Source of the DNA: the human T2T-CHM13v2.0 reference genome, Homo sapiens
Direction: 5' to 3' (one strand)
Length of the DNA stretch: 64,000 nucleotides
Assembly (NCBI RefSeq): GCF_009914755.1
Contig: NC_060930.1
In this document: positions 1-13,200 of the stretch, one piece after another
How positions within the stretch are numbered: the stretch's first letter is position 1
Layout of the letters: every line of letters begins with the position of its first letter
Notes under the pieces: model-generated
What the model was told of the DNA's origin: nothing
Seen by the model: only the letters and a program-made list of their open reading frames with translations
The model's database searches: none
Position numbers and translations under genes: made by a program

Positions 1-95
1 GTAGATAAAAATACAGTTAGATAGAATAAATAAGATCTAGTATTCAGTAGCACAATAGGGTGACTGCAGTTAACAATGCCTTATTGTATGTTTTA
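1..95 (+). mobile_element. L1MA-type 3' UTR fragment (continues beyond the window start)
   Basis: aaaaatacagttagatagaa...tattcagtagcacaatagggtgactgcagttaacaat resembles the L1MA 3' UTR. Confidence 0.75.
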
Positions 96-112
96 TTTAT
101 TTTTAAAAAGTT

Positions 113-2291
113 AACTTTTTTTTTAAGTTCAGGGTACATGTGCCAGTTCATTATATAGGTAAACTTGTGTCACAGGTGATTGCTGTACAAATTATTTCAT
201 CACCCATGTATTAAGCTTAGTTCCCATTAGAGATTTTTTACTGATCCTCTTCCTCCTCCCATCCTCCACCCTTCAATATACCCAGTGTATGTTGTTCCCC
301 TCTACGTATCCATGCATTCTCATCATTTAGCTCCCACCTATGAGTGAGAACATGTAGTATTTGGTTTTCTGTTCCTGCATTAGTTTGCTAAGGATAATGG
401 CCTCCAGCTCCATCATGTTCCTGCAAAGGACAAAATTTTGTTCTTTTTTATGACTGCATAGTATTCCATGGTATAATTGTACCACATTTTCTTTATCCAG
501 CCTGTCATTGATGGGCATTTAGGTTGATTCCATGCCTTTGCTGCTGTGAATAGTGCTGCAATCAACATATGTGTGCATTTGTCTCTATAATAAAACAATT
601 TATATTCCTTTGGGTATATACCCAGTAATGGGATTGCTGGGTCAAATGATATTTCTGTTTCTAGGTCTTTGACAAATCCCCACACTGCCTTCCAAAATGG
701 TTGAACTAATTTACACTCCTACTAACAGTGTATAAGCATTCCATTTTCTCCTCAACCTGGCCAGCATGTGTAATTTTATGAATTTTTATTAATAGCCATT
801 CTGACTGAGGAGAGACAGTGTATCATTCTGGTTTTAATTTGCATTTATCTAATGTTCAGTGATGTTAAGCTTTTTTATCATATGCTTGCTAGCCATATGT
901 ATGCCATTTTTTGAAAAGTATCTGTTCAGGTCCTTTGCCCACCTTTTCTTGTTTTTTTTTTTTTTTGTAAATTTGTTTAAGTGCCTTATAAATTCTGGAT
1001 ATTAGACCTTTGTTAGATACACACTTTGCAAACATTTTCTCCCATTCTGTAGGTTTTCTGTTCACTCTGTTGATAGTTTCCTTTGCTGCGTAGAGGCTCT
1101 TTAGTTTAATTAGATCCCATTTGCCTATTTTTGGTTTTGTTGCAGTTGCTTTTGGCATGTTCATTATGAAATATTTGCCTGTTCCTATGTCCTGAGTGGT
1201 ATTGCCTAGATTGTCTTCCAGGGTTTTTATGGTTTTGGGTTTTCCATCTAAGTCTTTAGTCTTTTTGTATATGGTGTAAGGAAGGGGTTCACTTTCAATC
1301 TTGTGCATATGGTTAGCCAGTTATTCCAGCACCATTTATTGAATAGGAAATCCTTTACCCATTGCTTGTTTTTGTCAGTTTTGTTAAAGGTCAGATGGTT
1401 TGTAGATGTGAGGTCTTATTTCTGGGTTATTTATTGTGTTCCTTGGTCTGTGTGTCTTTTTTTGTACCAGTACCATGTTCTTTTGGTTACTGTAGCCCTG
1501 TAGTATAGTTGGAAGTCAGGTAGCATGACGCTTCCTGCTTTGTTCTGTTTGTGTAGTTTTGCTTTGGCTATTTTGGCTTTTTTGGTTCCATATGAAATTT
1601 AAATAGTTCTTCTTAGTTCTGCGAAGAATCTTAATGGTATTTTAATAGTAATAGCACTGAATCTATAAATTGTTTTGGGCATTATGGGCATTTTAAAAAT
1701 ATTGACTCGTCCTATCCATGAACATGGAATTTTTTTTTTCATTTGTTTGTGTCATCTCTGATTTCTGTGAGCAGTGTTTTGCAGTTCTGCTTACAGAGGT
1801 CTTTCATGTCCCTGGTTAGCTGTATTCCTTGGTACTTTATTCTCTTCTGGCAATTGTGAGTGAGATTACATTCCTGATTTGGCTCTCAACGTCAACTGTT
1901 GTTGCTGTATACAAATGTTAGTGATTTTAGCACATTGATTTTGTATCCTGAGACTTTGGCAAAGTTGTTTATCAGCTTAAGAAGCTTTTGGGCTGAGACC
2001 ATGGGGTTTTTCTAGATCATGTCATTTGCAAACAGAGATAGTTTTACATCCTGTGTTTCTCTTTGGGTGTCTTCCTTTCTTCCTTGCTTTCTTGCTTTCT
2101 TGCTTTTTATTTATTTCTTCCTTTCTTTGCATGATTGCCCTGGACAGTATTTGCAATACTATGTTGAATAAAAGTGAGGAGAGAGGGCATTCTTGCCTTG
2201 TGCCAGTTGTCAAGGGGAATGTTTCCAGCTTTTGCCCATTCAGTATGATGTTGGCTGTGTGTTTGCCATAGATGGTTCTTATTATTTTGAA
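113..2291 (-). mobile_element. Old L1PA (about L1PA13-16), 5'-truncated: 3' part of ORF2 plus 3' UTR
   Basis: T-tract then ttaagttcagggtacatgtg 3'-end motif; minus-strand ORF fragments match L1 ORF2p C-terminus ([33 protein letters not shown]); many stops and frameshifts. Confidence 0.95.
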
Positions 2292-2856
2292 TTAAGAACA
2301 TACATTTTCATTATTATTTGAAATACTTTAAATCATCAGGGAAAAATGGAAAGTTATATAATCATTTTATAAAGGCAGAATACATTTAATACCCAAATCC
2401 AATAAGACTGTCAAACAAGTTGTCATCCAATAAAAATATCACTCTATAAGTAGGATAACCTAAATAAATTCCTTGCAAAAGAATCAAATAATGAGACAAA
2501 AATACCTTACTAACATATAAGACTTGTTCTAGGAAGAAAGGATTTATTCAGTAACCAGAATGCTAATATAATTCATCATAATTACAAATTGAAGTTTTTT
2601 TCTGTAGATTATGTCAATAAAGTCAAGGTAACCCACAAGCCTTGCCAGGTTTATTACTAGAGGGTTCATCTGTTTATTAGACAAATTTTTTCTTATAAAG
2701 ATATTATAATGGTCAGAACAAATGAGTATTATTGAGAATACTGCTAAAATTCATAATTATTGGTGGATTTCCACATGTTTGAAGATGCAAGCCATGTTTT
2801 CAAAATAAATGTATAATAATTTAAATCCCAAAAGTGATATATATTTTCTTTTGAAG

Positions 2857-3085
2857 CAGCAACGTTTAGTAGCTAGAATGGTAGGAATTGAAATCTAGTT
2901 CCTTTACTAACAATCTTTGTGAACCTATGCAAATTACTTAACCTGTCTGTCTCTGTTTCTCACATGTAATATAGTTTCTATCTCATAGGATTATTTATAA
3001 GCATTAAATAAATTAATATATGTAAAGATTTAGAATAGTGCCCAGTTTATAGCAAGTGAATACAAGTATTAGTATCACTAATATT
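2857..3085 (+). mobile_element. MIR SINE
   Basis: MIR core-like gtgaacctatgcaaattacttaacctgtctgtctctgtttctcac...tctcataggatt...tgtaaagatttagaatagtgccc. Confidence 0.75.
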
Positions 3086-4294
3086 AGCACTACCATTACC
3101 ACTACTACTCCCACTATTATCAGTGATTCCAAATTGTGATCAAGTCCAGGTACCTTGGTATACAGAGGAGGCAATCAGCAACTAGTATAATTTAAAGAAT
3201 AATATATACCTTAAAATATTCAATGTGTATGTTTTCTAAAAATTATTCATAATAAAGAATTGATCTAGGAATTATATATTGAAAATTTAAAAAAAGCAGT
3301 TTTTAGAAGGAATAAAAGGTGATTAGGCAAGCATCAAATTTAATTTAATTTAATTTAATGGCTTGCTAGCATTTAAATCCATAAGTCTGTGCTACCCAAC
3401 TGGTCATTTTTTGGATATCCTGAAAAATTTGAATTTATGAATCCTATATATAATTTCAAACAGTATCCACCAAACTTGAACAAAAACTGCCCAATAGCCT
3501 TCATAAAGGTTCTCTTCTGCTGTTATCTTCATAAATAAATGTCAGCATTAAAAATGTGCATGCTGTTTGTTTAAATTGAATAATTCAAATAATACTGAAT
3601 ATTGTTAGGTTGACTATCATGGTAGCAGACATTAAAAAAGAATAGTAGCGTAGATGAGAAGAGTGGATGTGTTTCAGAATATAGCAAATCTCTAGAATTT
3701 TGAAGTAAAAAGAGATTGATATCTTATGTGATATAGGAGTTTGTCTTCAATCAACCAATCTCTTATCCACATTCTTTTCCTTCAGGAAAGTAAATTGATT
3801 GTCACTCACATTATATTATTCAAGGCTAATTTGACTCACTTAGTTGTACCTTGACAGCTAAATACCAGATATCTTACTCAGCATCCCTCTTTGACACTTC
3901 TTAATCACTTTAGTGCTCTTGCTAATGTTCCAACATGTCCTTTTCTCTTTTCTGGTTTTGCACATTATTGCTCTTTCAGTTTGTACAGTAGTTAGTCCAA
4001 GGGGTTTACTACTGATAGTACATTTTCTTTTTCTAGTTATATTTACCTCACCTGTCTAAAACACTGAATTTAAGTAAAAGTGATTGATTCTGTTTCCATT
4101 TTAAATTAATTAGGTAAAAAACAGAGAGAAATTCAAACAGGTAGGGCATTCAAAGGCTAAGGTTTCTCATTGTGAAAAAACTTGTATTTTCAAATATATG
4201 AGCATCTAAAAATCTCTGAACCCAATAGACACATTGTGTTTGTGTGTGTGTGATAGCTTTGTTGGGTCTTTTGACATTATCATGGAGTGAGATT

Positions 4295-4440
4295 TAGGAA
4301 GAAAACAAATCCAATCTTAGCCGTACCATTTACTAACTTACTAGATACTAGACACTTACTAGATACTAACATTACTTGCAGGACTGCTCTTAGGATTAAT
4401 AAATGTGCTAAATATAATTACCTGGAACAATGGCATGTAC
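4295..4440 (+). mobile_element. MIR remnant with an internal 18-bp tandem duplication
   Basis: ccaatcttagccgtaccatttactaact...ttgcaggactgctcttaggattaa; acttactagatacta occurs at 4336 and 4354. Confidence 0.45.
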
Positions 4441-4729
4441 CACATACACCCTAGGCTGCAGTTCCCTTTACCCTGCTTTATTACTTCCTATTCCTCCATC
4501 TACTCTAGTTTCACAAGCTCCAGAAAAATGTCATATTATCTTTTCTGCTCAGACCTAACTCCCATTCTTTTCTTTTATTGTTGTTGAATATTTATTCCCT
4601 TTATTCTTTTATTGTCAAGGTAATGACATCTCAGGAGGAAAAGGTGATAAATGATTATGCCTAATCTGTGATTTTGGATAAACTACTCCATGTTATTTTG
4701 TTATCATATAGAATACATTAAAGTAATCT

Positions 4730-4900
4730 TTGCTAAGTCTCTGAATGCAATGCATCTAATTTTTATAACAGCCCTATAAACTGCATATGATTCTCGTTTA
4801 TAGTTAAAATTGAATTTTTAGGTGGTAAAATAATTTTGTTCACTAACTGAACTAATAAATTCAAGAATGAAGATTCAAGCTCACGCCTTTAACTGTGCAA
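4730..4900 (-). mobile_element. MIR remnant
   Basis: tgctaagt...tctaatttttataacagccctat...agattcaagctca, antisense MIR pattern. Confidence 0.45.
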
Positions 4901-5109
4901 AGTCAGTACTATTTTTGTCTTTTCAAACAGAGGGAACATCAATAGCTTAACTAGAATGCGAGATTATTTCAGCAATTAGTAAACTAATACAATAAAATGC
5001 ATTCTTCAGAATACTAGTGCATTGTTTTGTACTTATCATAAAAGAAAACTTGTAAACGTATAAATCACTTGCAGAGTTATGTGAGGCTTTTTATTTATTT
5101 CAGCTCACC

Positions 5110-6403
5110 AGTGAGTTTCCCATTATTAAATCTGACAGTGAATTCTGTCTTTATTTTACTTGACCTAAAAGCAAAATTAGAAACATTTTATGATTCCCTT
5201 CACCAAGAAATGCTTTTGTTACTTGGGTTTTAAATGGTCACGTTCTCCTCATTTTCTTCCTTCCTTTCTTGCAGATACTTGTTCTCAGTTTCTATCAATA
5301 TTGGAGGTCCTTAGGATTTAGTCTTTAGACCACTTCTCTTCTGTCTGTAATTATAATTCCTTTGGAGACTCCTATAATCTCCATAAATACCATATCTTGC
5401 TGATTATTTGCAAATATATTTCCTTGATTTCTCTCTTGAAATCCATACTTGTGTATCCTACTGCCTACTTGACATCTCCTCTTATTTCTAATAGAAAGTC
5501 TGTAGACATCTAGACATTTCAAAATTAAAATATTTAAGCCAAATCTTAAATCATATTCCCTGACCCTGTTTTACTTACAACTTTTTATGTTAATTGCTGG
5601 CAACTTTATTCACCAGTAGTTCCAGCCAAAAATATTTATTTCACCCACATGCTACATTTACTCCAGCAGAGTTAACTCTACCTTTAAAATATATCCAGAA
5701 CCATCTACTAATTACCCTTCATTGCTTTATCTTAATTCCAAGCACTATAATATCTGGCATTAGCTATTGCCATAGACTCTCAACTGGTCTTCCAGCTCCC
5801 ATTTTTGTCTCCCTAGAGTTTATTCTCAAAACATCCTATCAAAATGTGTATCGATTATGTCACACATCTCTGCGAAACCCCTCAATGAGATTCCGGTTGT
5901 TTTAGGGTAAATATGAAATCTCAATAATGGTATTGGCACCAGTGACAATTCACTGCTACCCTCTTCTTACTCACTCTGCTCCACCTTTGCTGCTCCTTAA
6001 GCTTGCCAGGCACACTTCATTCTTGGAGCTTTACATTGTGTTCTCTCTGCTTGGAAGAACTTTTCTTCACATATCTGCAGAATTTACTTCCTCCACTCCT
6101 TTGATTATGTGCTCAGATTTTTCTTTCTCAAAAATGCTACTCAGGTCATTTATCCACAATTTCAGCCTTTCCCATAGCTCTTCCACCTTACCCAATTTGG
6201 TGCCATTTTAATTTTTAACCTCCTATTGCACTACACAATATTTTTGTTTGTTTGTTTCTTGTCTTTCTAGCCCCACAAATATGTTAGCTTCATGAGGGCA
6301 TGGATTTTTGCTCCCCATCTCCCATGAATACATTCTCAGTACTCAGAACAGTGCCTGGTTTATAGTAGAATCTTAAACGGTATTTCTTAAATGAATGAAT
6401 GAA
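5110..6403 (+). mobile_element. L2 LINE (L2a-like) 3' portion
   Basis: ctgcctacttgacatctcc, actggtcttccagctcc, cagaacagtgcctgg; ends in the (gaat)n tail typical of L2. Confidence 0.85.
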
Positions 6404-7725
6404 TTAACACCATGATGGGACTCCAGGTTTTTGAAATAGTGGCCAATTGGAGCCAACAGCCATGAACACATGAGGAACAATGACTTGAAATATCTTCCTT
6501 TATTCAAACAAGACTGTCTTTAACACATAGGAATCAATTCCTCAAACATTTTTTTTCTTAAAATCACTCTCAAATATTGGACAATTGTAAACATTCCAGT
6601 CGCCATGACAGTGAATATTCAACAAAGACCCTCTGTTAAATACATTAAAGTAGTTTCAAAAGCAATAAAGTTGAAAGCATGCAAGACAACAAGTAAAATA
6701 ATAGAAAAAACACATTTGCTGGCTTAAACTAGTGAAAAAATATTGGACATGATCATTTTTTCGCTCTTATCTCATAAAAAATGACTAGTGTCTTGAGAAT
6801 ATAAAAAACTTCAAAATAGGTCAACAAGTTCAGTGCCCTTCAAGCCATTCTTTAGCTAATGCTCCAGCCCTTAAAACTGTCTGTTCAGATTGCAACTTTT
6901 AGAGGCACTAACATCTGTCTGCCTAATACGTCCCCCAACTCCAGCAGGTGAGCCAACTTCCTAAATAGCAAGCCTTGCTCTAAAGAACAGAAGTTGTATC
7001 CCCCGGGATGTTCTTTTGGCAGGGCTAGTGGGCTGTTCTCAGCAATTTTCCCAACTTCCATTTCACACTTCCTTAGTTCTGAAAAGAAAAAAAGGTGGGG
7101 GGAAGCAACTAACAACTTCAACGTTTTTTTTGAAGCAAAATAGAAAATGTCATAGCATTCAGTGGCTATAAAATAAATTTGTAAGAGCTCTCTTACTAGC
7201 TTATTGTGACAAATTATCTAAGATGATACCACTTGTGTTCTATATATGGTTAAGTACTTTCAGCTCTCCTTAAGGTTTAGGTACCTTAAAAAGTGTTCCT
7301 ATTTTCAGCTTAGAGTTGATTCAAAGTTGTTTTGGAGAATCTGGTTTTGCTTGGATGAACTCTGAGAATTTTATTCAAATAGAGACTAGGTGTCTTCCTG
7401 ATGTTGCTTGATGTATTTTAGAAGGATAATTTGCATATGTTGTTGAAACTAATCCTGCATTTAACTTATATTTCTTCCAAAGTTCTTTGGTAAATGTTGA
7501 GAAATAATGATGTTAATTTTTTTGTTTTCTTTGTGAAGACACTAAATCATTTAATGGTCACCAAAATTAGTCTTCTTAGTTAAATTGGTAGGTTAGGCAG
7601 CAACAACTAAGAAGAAAACAATGAGTACAATTAGGTTTTAGGTTTGACACTGGCAGAAGAGTATACTTTTGTGAAAGTTTCATAGTTACAATTATCTTAT
7701 AAAATGTGCATTTTCATTATTAATT

Positions 7726-8113
7726 TGTATTAGTCCATTCTCACACTGCTGTAAAGAAATACTGAAGACTGGGTAAATTGTAAAGAAAAGAGGTTTCATT
7801 GGCTCATGGTTCTGCAGGCTAGACAGAAAGCATGGCTAGGGAGGCCTTAGGAAACTTACAATCTTGACAAAGGTGAAGGGGGAAGCAGGCATTCTTCACA
7901 TGGCCAGAGGAGGATAGAAGTGTAGGAAGGGGTAGTGCTACACACTTTTAAACAACCAGATCTTGTGATTAACTCATTCACTATCATGAGAACAGCAGTA
8001 AAGGGGAAATCTGGCCCCATGATCCAATCATCTCTCACCTGTCCCCACCTCCAACACTGGGAATTACAATTTGACATGAGATTTGGGCAGGGATGCAGAC
8101 CCAAACTATATTG
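7726..8113 (-). mobile_element. MSTA-like MaLR solo LTR
   Basis: Starts tgtattagtccattctcacactgct and ends gagatttgggcagggatgcagacccaaactatattg; 5-bp TSD TAATT at 7721-7725 and 8114-8118. Confidence 0.92.
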
Positions 8114-8686
8114 TAATTCAAATGCTCCAAGTACACTAAATCTCTTTCTTTCTCTTCTATTAAATTGTCTTAGTTTCTCATATGAGGGCAAAATAAACTT
8201 CTTGGGTCTGTAGATAGTATGTATTAGCCATATCATTTAATAAATATTGCTAATTAAACTAAGAAATTACATTGAAAGAAGGGTAATTATCCAGCATTTT
8301 AGAATTAGAGAATCTGTGCTTTTCTTATATTCCAAAAATATTTCCCAAAAACATCTTTGTTGGAAATCTTAAATAGTTATTGTTCTGGGAAATATATTTT
8401 AGAAGTAAAATATTCTTGAAATGAAAAGCTATATAAGTTATAGTCAAAGTAATTCTTTCTATCATAAATATATATCCAGTTAATCACTCATTATGAGATA
8501 ATTATTCATCTTCTTGAGGGGTTTTAGTCTTTAATCTTTAGAGTGGTCTTGAGAAAGCTCATAAGGTCTTTGATAAGTTAATGGAAAATAATGCTAAGAT
8601 TCAATACTGATAAAATAAAGTGTCTTTCTTCACAGAGAGAAGTCAAGACTATTAGGTTTTATAGGCTATATGTTCTATCTCTATAG

Positions 8687-8722
<36 letters not shown>

Positions 8723-8750
8723 GATCTATCTATCTACCTACCTACCTACC
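8687..8750. repeat. Compound tetranucleotide STR (TATC)9 GATC (TATC)2 (TACC)4
   Basis: Read directly from the sequence. Confidence 0.97.
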
Positions 8751-9527
8751 TATATGTATATCAACCAGGGTAGCTTCTCGAGAAGGCTAGCTGAAATAAT
8801 AACACTTTCAACAACTGAAATATTTTTTTAAAAACTTCTCCCCGAAGTGTTATTAGTCAAAATATAAATTTTCATTTCATTTTTCAAAATGATTATTATT
8901 TCTTCCTGTGAATAATTGAAGGATTTTTAAAATGTAAAAAATATAGGTATTAATAATTAAAGCTAAGGAAATATGGCCAAAGTAGGGAAAATAATAATTT
9001 TGACTAGCTGGGGCTAAGAAAGAATCTTTGAAAGTGATCAACGCTTCTGATTCAGCAGGTTTTTTTTTTAATATAAATGAACTAAGCTTATCTAGTCTAC
9101 TAGTCCAAAGACATCAACATTCCATTCCCGCAATCAAGTATGTGTATGTGTGAGAAAGACAGAGAGATAGAGACAGACACAGAGAGATGGGGAGGTAATG
9201 GACTGAAGGAGAGGGAAAATTTAAAAAAAGATGAGACTTATAAACTGAGAATTATTAAAAAAAAGTTTCAATATTGAATTTGCCTCATTTCTTTATTCTA
9301 CTTTTTTATTCAATAATGTATGTGTAGCTCTCTCTTATCTTTTGAACAAACTATACTCAAACTTAAGTGGGTAAGAAAAAATTAGTAAAGTCAACCTCTT
9401 ACCAGAAGTCTTTACCATCTATCATAAGATCCACCATCTAAGATGAAATAAAATTTATACTAGTTAGATTTTTTCTGAAGAGATCAACTTGGCTTCTTCA
9501 GTACAGAACACGTATTGGCCACAAATC

Positions 9528-9572
9528 TTAGGTTGGTGCAAAAGTACTTGCGGTTTTTGCCATTGAAAGTAA
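9528..9572. mobile_element. Half MADE1 (Hsmar1-derived MITE): one terminal inverted repeat (TIR) plus spacer
   Basis: ttaggttggtgcaaaagtacttgcggtttttgccattgaaagtaa matches the MADE1 TIR with 1 mismatch; the second TIR is absent. Confidence 0.9.
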
Positions 9573-10299
9573 AAGAAAGAAGACCAAGTCATCCTTTTGA
9601 GACAATAACCTTATTCTTTAGTCGAATGCCTTCCAAAGTATTATCTCAAATGATATTCATGGGGTTTACTGAAAAGAAAAACATTATAATTCAGGTAGTG
9701 GTCCAACAATACAACCTCACTTTGGGGTAATCCTACAATATTTACAGGTTAACGCCAGCTTGCTAACAGTAGGGAAAATATGCATTTCAGCTAAGAAAAT
9801 GAATTGCCATAACATTCTGAAATGATGGGCTTACATCAGTAGAAAACAGATGATGTAAACGGAGATAAAAGCAACTAAATGTGAGTTGCTGATTACTCAC
9901 GCTGCATGTTTGCTTCTTTCCCATCCCTGTTTCCTTCTGTGTGGATAATGCCTCACCTTTTTTGTCCTCTACACTTGTCTGTACCACCTAACTCATTATG
10001 CCTCTGGGAAGTGGGCTGGTTTATCTGACTGATGAAACTGACCAGAAAAATCTGGACTTCCTCAATTGAGCTCAGCTCTTACATTTCCTTTCTTGTGAAC
10101 TGCATGTGCCCAACAGCAGGAATTCTTCTTTCCTCATGTAGTAAGTCCTACCCTAGTACGCTTCCCCACTATTGGGAGGAAAAGCCTGCACTAGCCCAGC
10201 ACTGCCTATGACTGGCTGGGAAGTTAAGTTGACTTCCAGACTTCAGATAGAGAACTCAATTGGAGCTTTTATTTAGTCTTTTTCAGTATTTTAGGTAAT

Positions 10300-13200
10300 A
10301 TTTTTATCAGCCTTATTTTATAATAATAAAAAGTTATATAAGTATCATTTACCTAAAATAAACAATCACTAAAGTATATGTGTGTGTTTTGACCAATGTG
10401 TATAGTTGTTTAACTAACACAATTACCATATATAACATTTGCATTAACCCAAAAAGTTCTCTCATAGCCCTGTATAATCAATAGATTTCCTGTAATCCTT
10501 GCTCCTATCAGTGACTGATCTTATTTTTTCCCTCTTTTTTTGACATTTTCAGAATTTCACATAAATGGAATCACACAATGTATCGTCTTTTTGTGTCTGA
10601 TTTATTTCCTTTAGTATAATGCTTCTGAGGTACATCCATGTTGTTATTTTTATTAATAGTTCCTTCCTTTGTGTCTAAATACCAGTTGGATATCTGAGTT
10701 GCTTCCAGGATGTGCGTTTTTGAATAAATATTTAATAATAAGACTTTGCATAAATATGTTATTCATTTCTGTTGAGTAAACATATGGAAGTGGTATTTTT
10801 GAATCCTAAGATAAGTTTATGTTTTACTTTAGTAGAATCTGCCAAACTGTTTGCTAAAGTGGTTGTACCATTTTCCATTCCCACAATCAAGCTGTCTTCA
10901 TATCTTCACCAACACTTAATATTATCAGTCCTTCTAATTTTTTGGTATTCATTTTGATTTTAATTTTAAATTTTTTACTGACTACTGACCTTGACTCTCT
11001 TTTCATATATTTATTTACAATTTATGTATACCTTTTGGTGAAATATCTATTCAAAATTATCTTCATTTGTTTAATAGAGTTCTTTGCTTTTTATTTTTAA
11101 GTTATAGGACAATATATTCTGGATATAAATTCTTGGTCATGTACATGTTTTGAAAACATTCTCTCTCTGTGTTGCTGCCAATTCATTTTTTAATGATGAC
11201 TTTTAAAAGGTAACATATTTATTTTGATCTTCAGTTTATAAATTTTTTATAATTGGCTATTTTGTGTTTTTATTAAAAATCAGTTGAACATCTATTTTGG
11301 ATATATTTCTGAAACATAGTTCTGGCCTATTTATATATCTATCCTTATTCACATAACATAGCCTTGGTTATTGTATCTATAGAGTGAGTATTGAAATAAG
11401 GTAGTGTGTCCTTTACCTTTTTCTTTAAGAAAATTGTTTTGGCTATTCTAAATTTTCAAACCAGTTTATTCATTTCTAAAATCAATTGCTGAAATTTTAA
11501 TTGGTACTATATTAAATCTATAGATGAATTTGGAGAGAATTAGCATCTTAACAAGGTTCATTCTTTTGCTACTTGAACATAGTATATCTTTTCGTTATTT
11601 ATGAACCTTGGACATAGTATCTATCTCCATTCTCGCTAAAATGTTTTATAGTTTTCAGTTTATAGGTCCTGTACATATTTTGCTAAGCTTATCTCTGCGT
11701 ATTTTATTTTTTGATCTTGTCAGAAATGTATTTTAAGTGTCAAGCTCCAAATGTTTATGGCTGGTATATAGGAATATAATTGGTTTTGGTTTATTGAAAT
11801 CTATGAACTTGCCAATACCACTTTAGTGTTAATAGCTTTTTTGTAAATTCCTTAAGATTTTTTGGATAGACAATCATATCACCTGCAAATAAAAATAATT
11901 TATTATTTTATTTACAAGACGTATGCCTTTTAATTATATTTTCATTTTTCTCTAGCTAGGAATCCAGGCAAATAATGAATAAAAATATGAGATCAGATTT
12001 CCTTATCACATTAAAAGGTCCCCTTCAATTAGCAGTTTGCTGAGGGATTTTACCTGATTAGTTGATGGGTTTTCCTGAAATCCCTCTCCTGCATCAATTA
12101 AGATAATTGTAAGGTTTTCCCTTTTTTAATCTGTTGACATTGCAAATTACATTGCTTGATTTTTTTAAAGTATTAAACCAGTTTTGCATTCCTGATATAA
12201 GCCCCACTTGTTCTTTTGTGTCTATATTTCTGGATTTAATTTTCTAAAATCTTAAAATGCATTATGTATGGCAAGTATGGATATGGGATCAAAGAATATT
12301 GGTTGGTAATTTTCTGTTCTTATAATATCTTTGAATAGTCTTAATATTAGTGTAATCCCAGCTTCATAAAAGGAAATGGGAAGTGTTTCCACTAGTGTTT
12401 TCTGAAAGACTCTGTAGAATTGGTATAATTTTGTTTTCTTAAATGTTTGGTAAAATGTATCATTGAGGGCCAGGCGCAGTGGCTCATGCCTGTAATCCCA
12501 GCCCTTTGGGAGGCCGAGGCCAGTGGATCACGAGGTCAGGAGATGAAGACCACCCTGGCTAACACGGTGAAACCCCATCTCTACTAAAAATACAAAAAAT
12601 TCACCAGGCATGGTTGCGGGTGCCTGTAGTCCCAGCTACTCAGGACACTGAGGCAGGAGAATGGCATGAACCCGAGAGGTGGAGCTTGCAGTGAGCCAAG
12701 ATTGCACGACTGCACTCCAGCCTGGGCAACAGAGCACGACTCTGTCTCAAAAAAAAAAAAACAAAAAAATCATCAATGAGGCTCTCTGGGCCTGGGGTTT
12801 TCTTTGTAGGAAAGTTCAAAACTAAAAATTCAATTTGTAAATACATATCAAACTACTTAGGCTATCTATTTATTCTAGAGTGAGATTGGATCCTTTGTAT
12901 TTTTCAAAGAAACTATTCCTTCAAAGTTATTCAACTCTGACATAAAGTTGTTATAATATTCATCTTGTTAGCTACTAACATTTACAGGATCAGAAGTTAC
13001 ACCCCATCATTAATGTTTCTGTCTTCCTTTTCCTGCTCTCATTTTAATTCTCTGAAAAAGTTAGCTTTTAGTTTTGTTTTTAACATTGTTGTAAATTTTC
13101 TATTCCACTTAGTTCTTCTCTTTATTTTCTCCATAGAATTATTTCAAGTTATGGGTAATTTGGTGTTCTTAAAGTAAAAGTATAGATCCTTTATTTGAGG

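Noticed and set aside
327-2301. ORFs with reverse-transcriptase-protein-like peptides (also at 42328-43598, 46771-49595 and 55910-59585)
   Set aside because: They are frameshifted, stop-ridden fragments of L1 ORF2 in dead elements, not genes.
6941-6954. CTCF-like motif ccagcaggtgagcc
   Set aside because: It mismatches the 3' GGCGC part of the core and cannot be supported without ChIP data.
6885-7121. 78-aa ORF as a protein-coding gene
   Set aside because: It has a non-ATG start, no recognisable homology, and its N-terminus is a translated polypyrimidine tract; kept only as a candidate exon.
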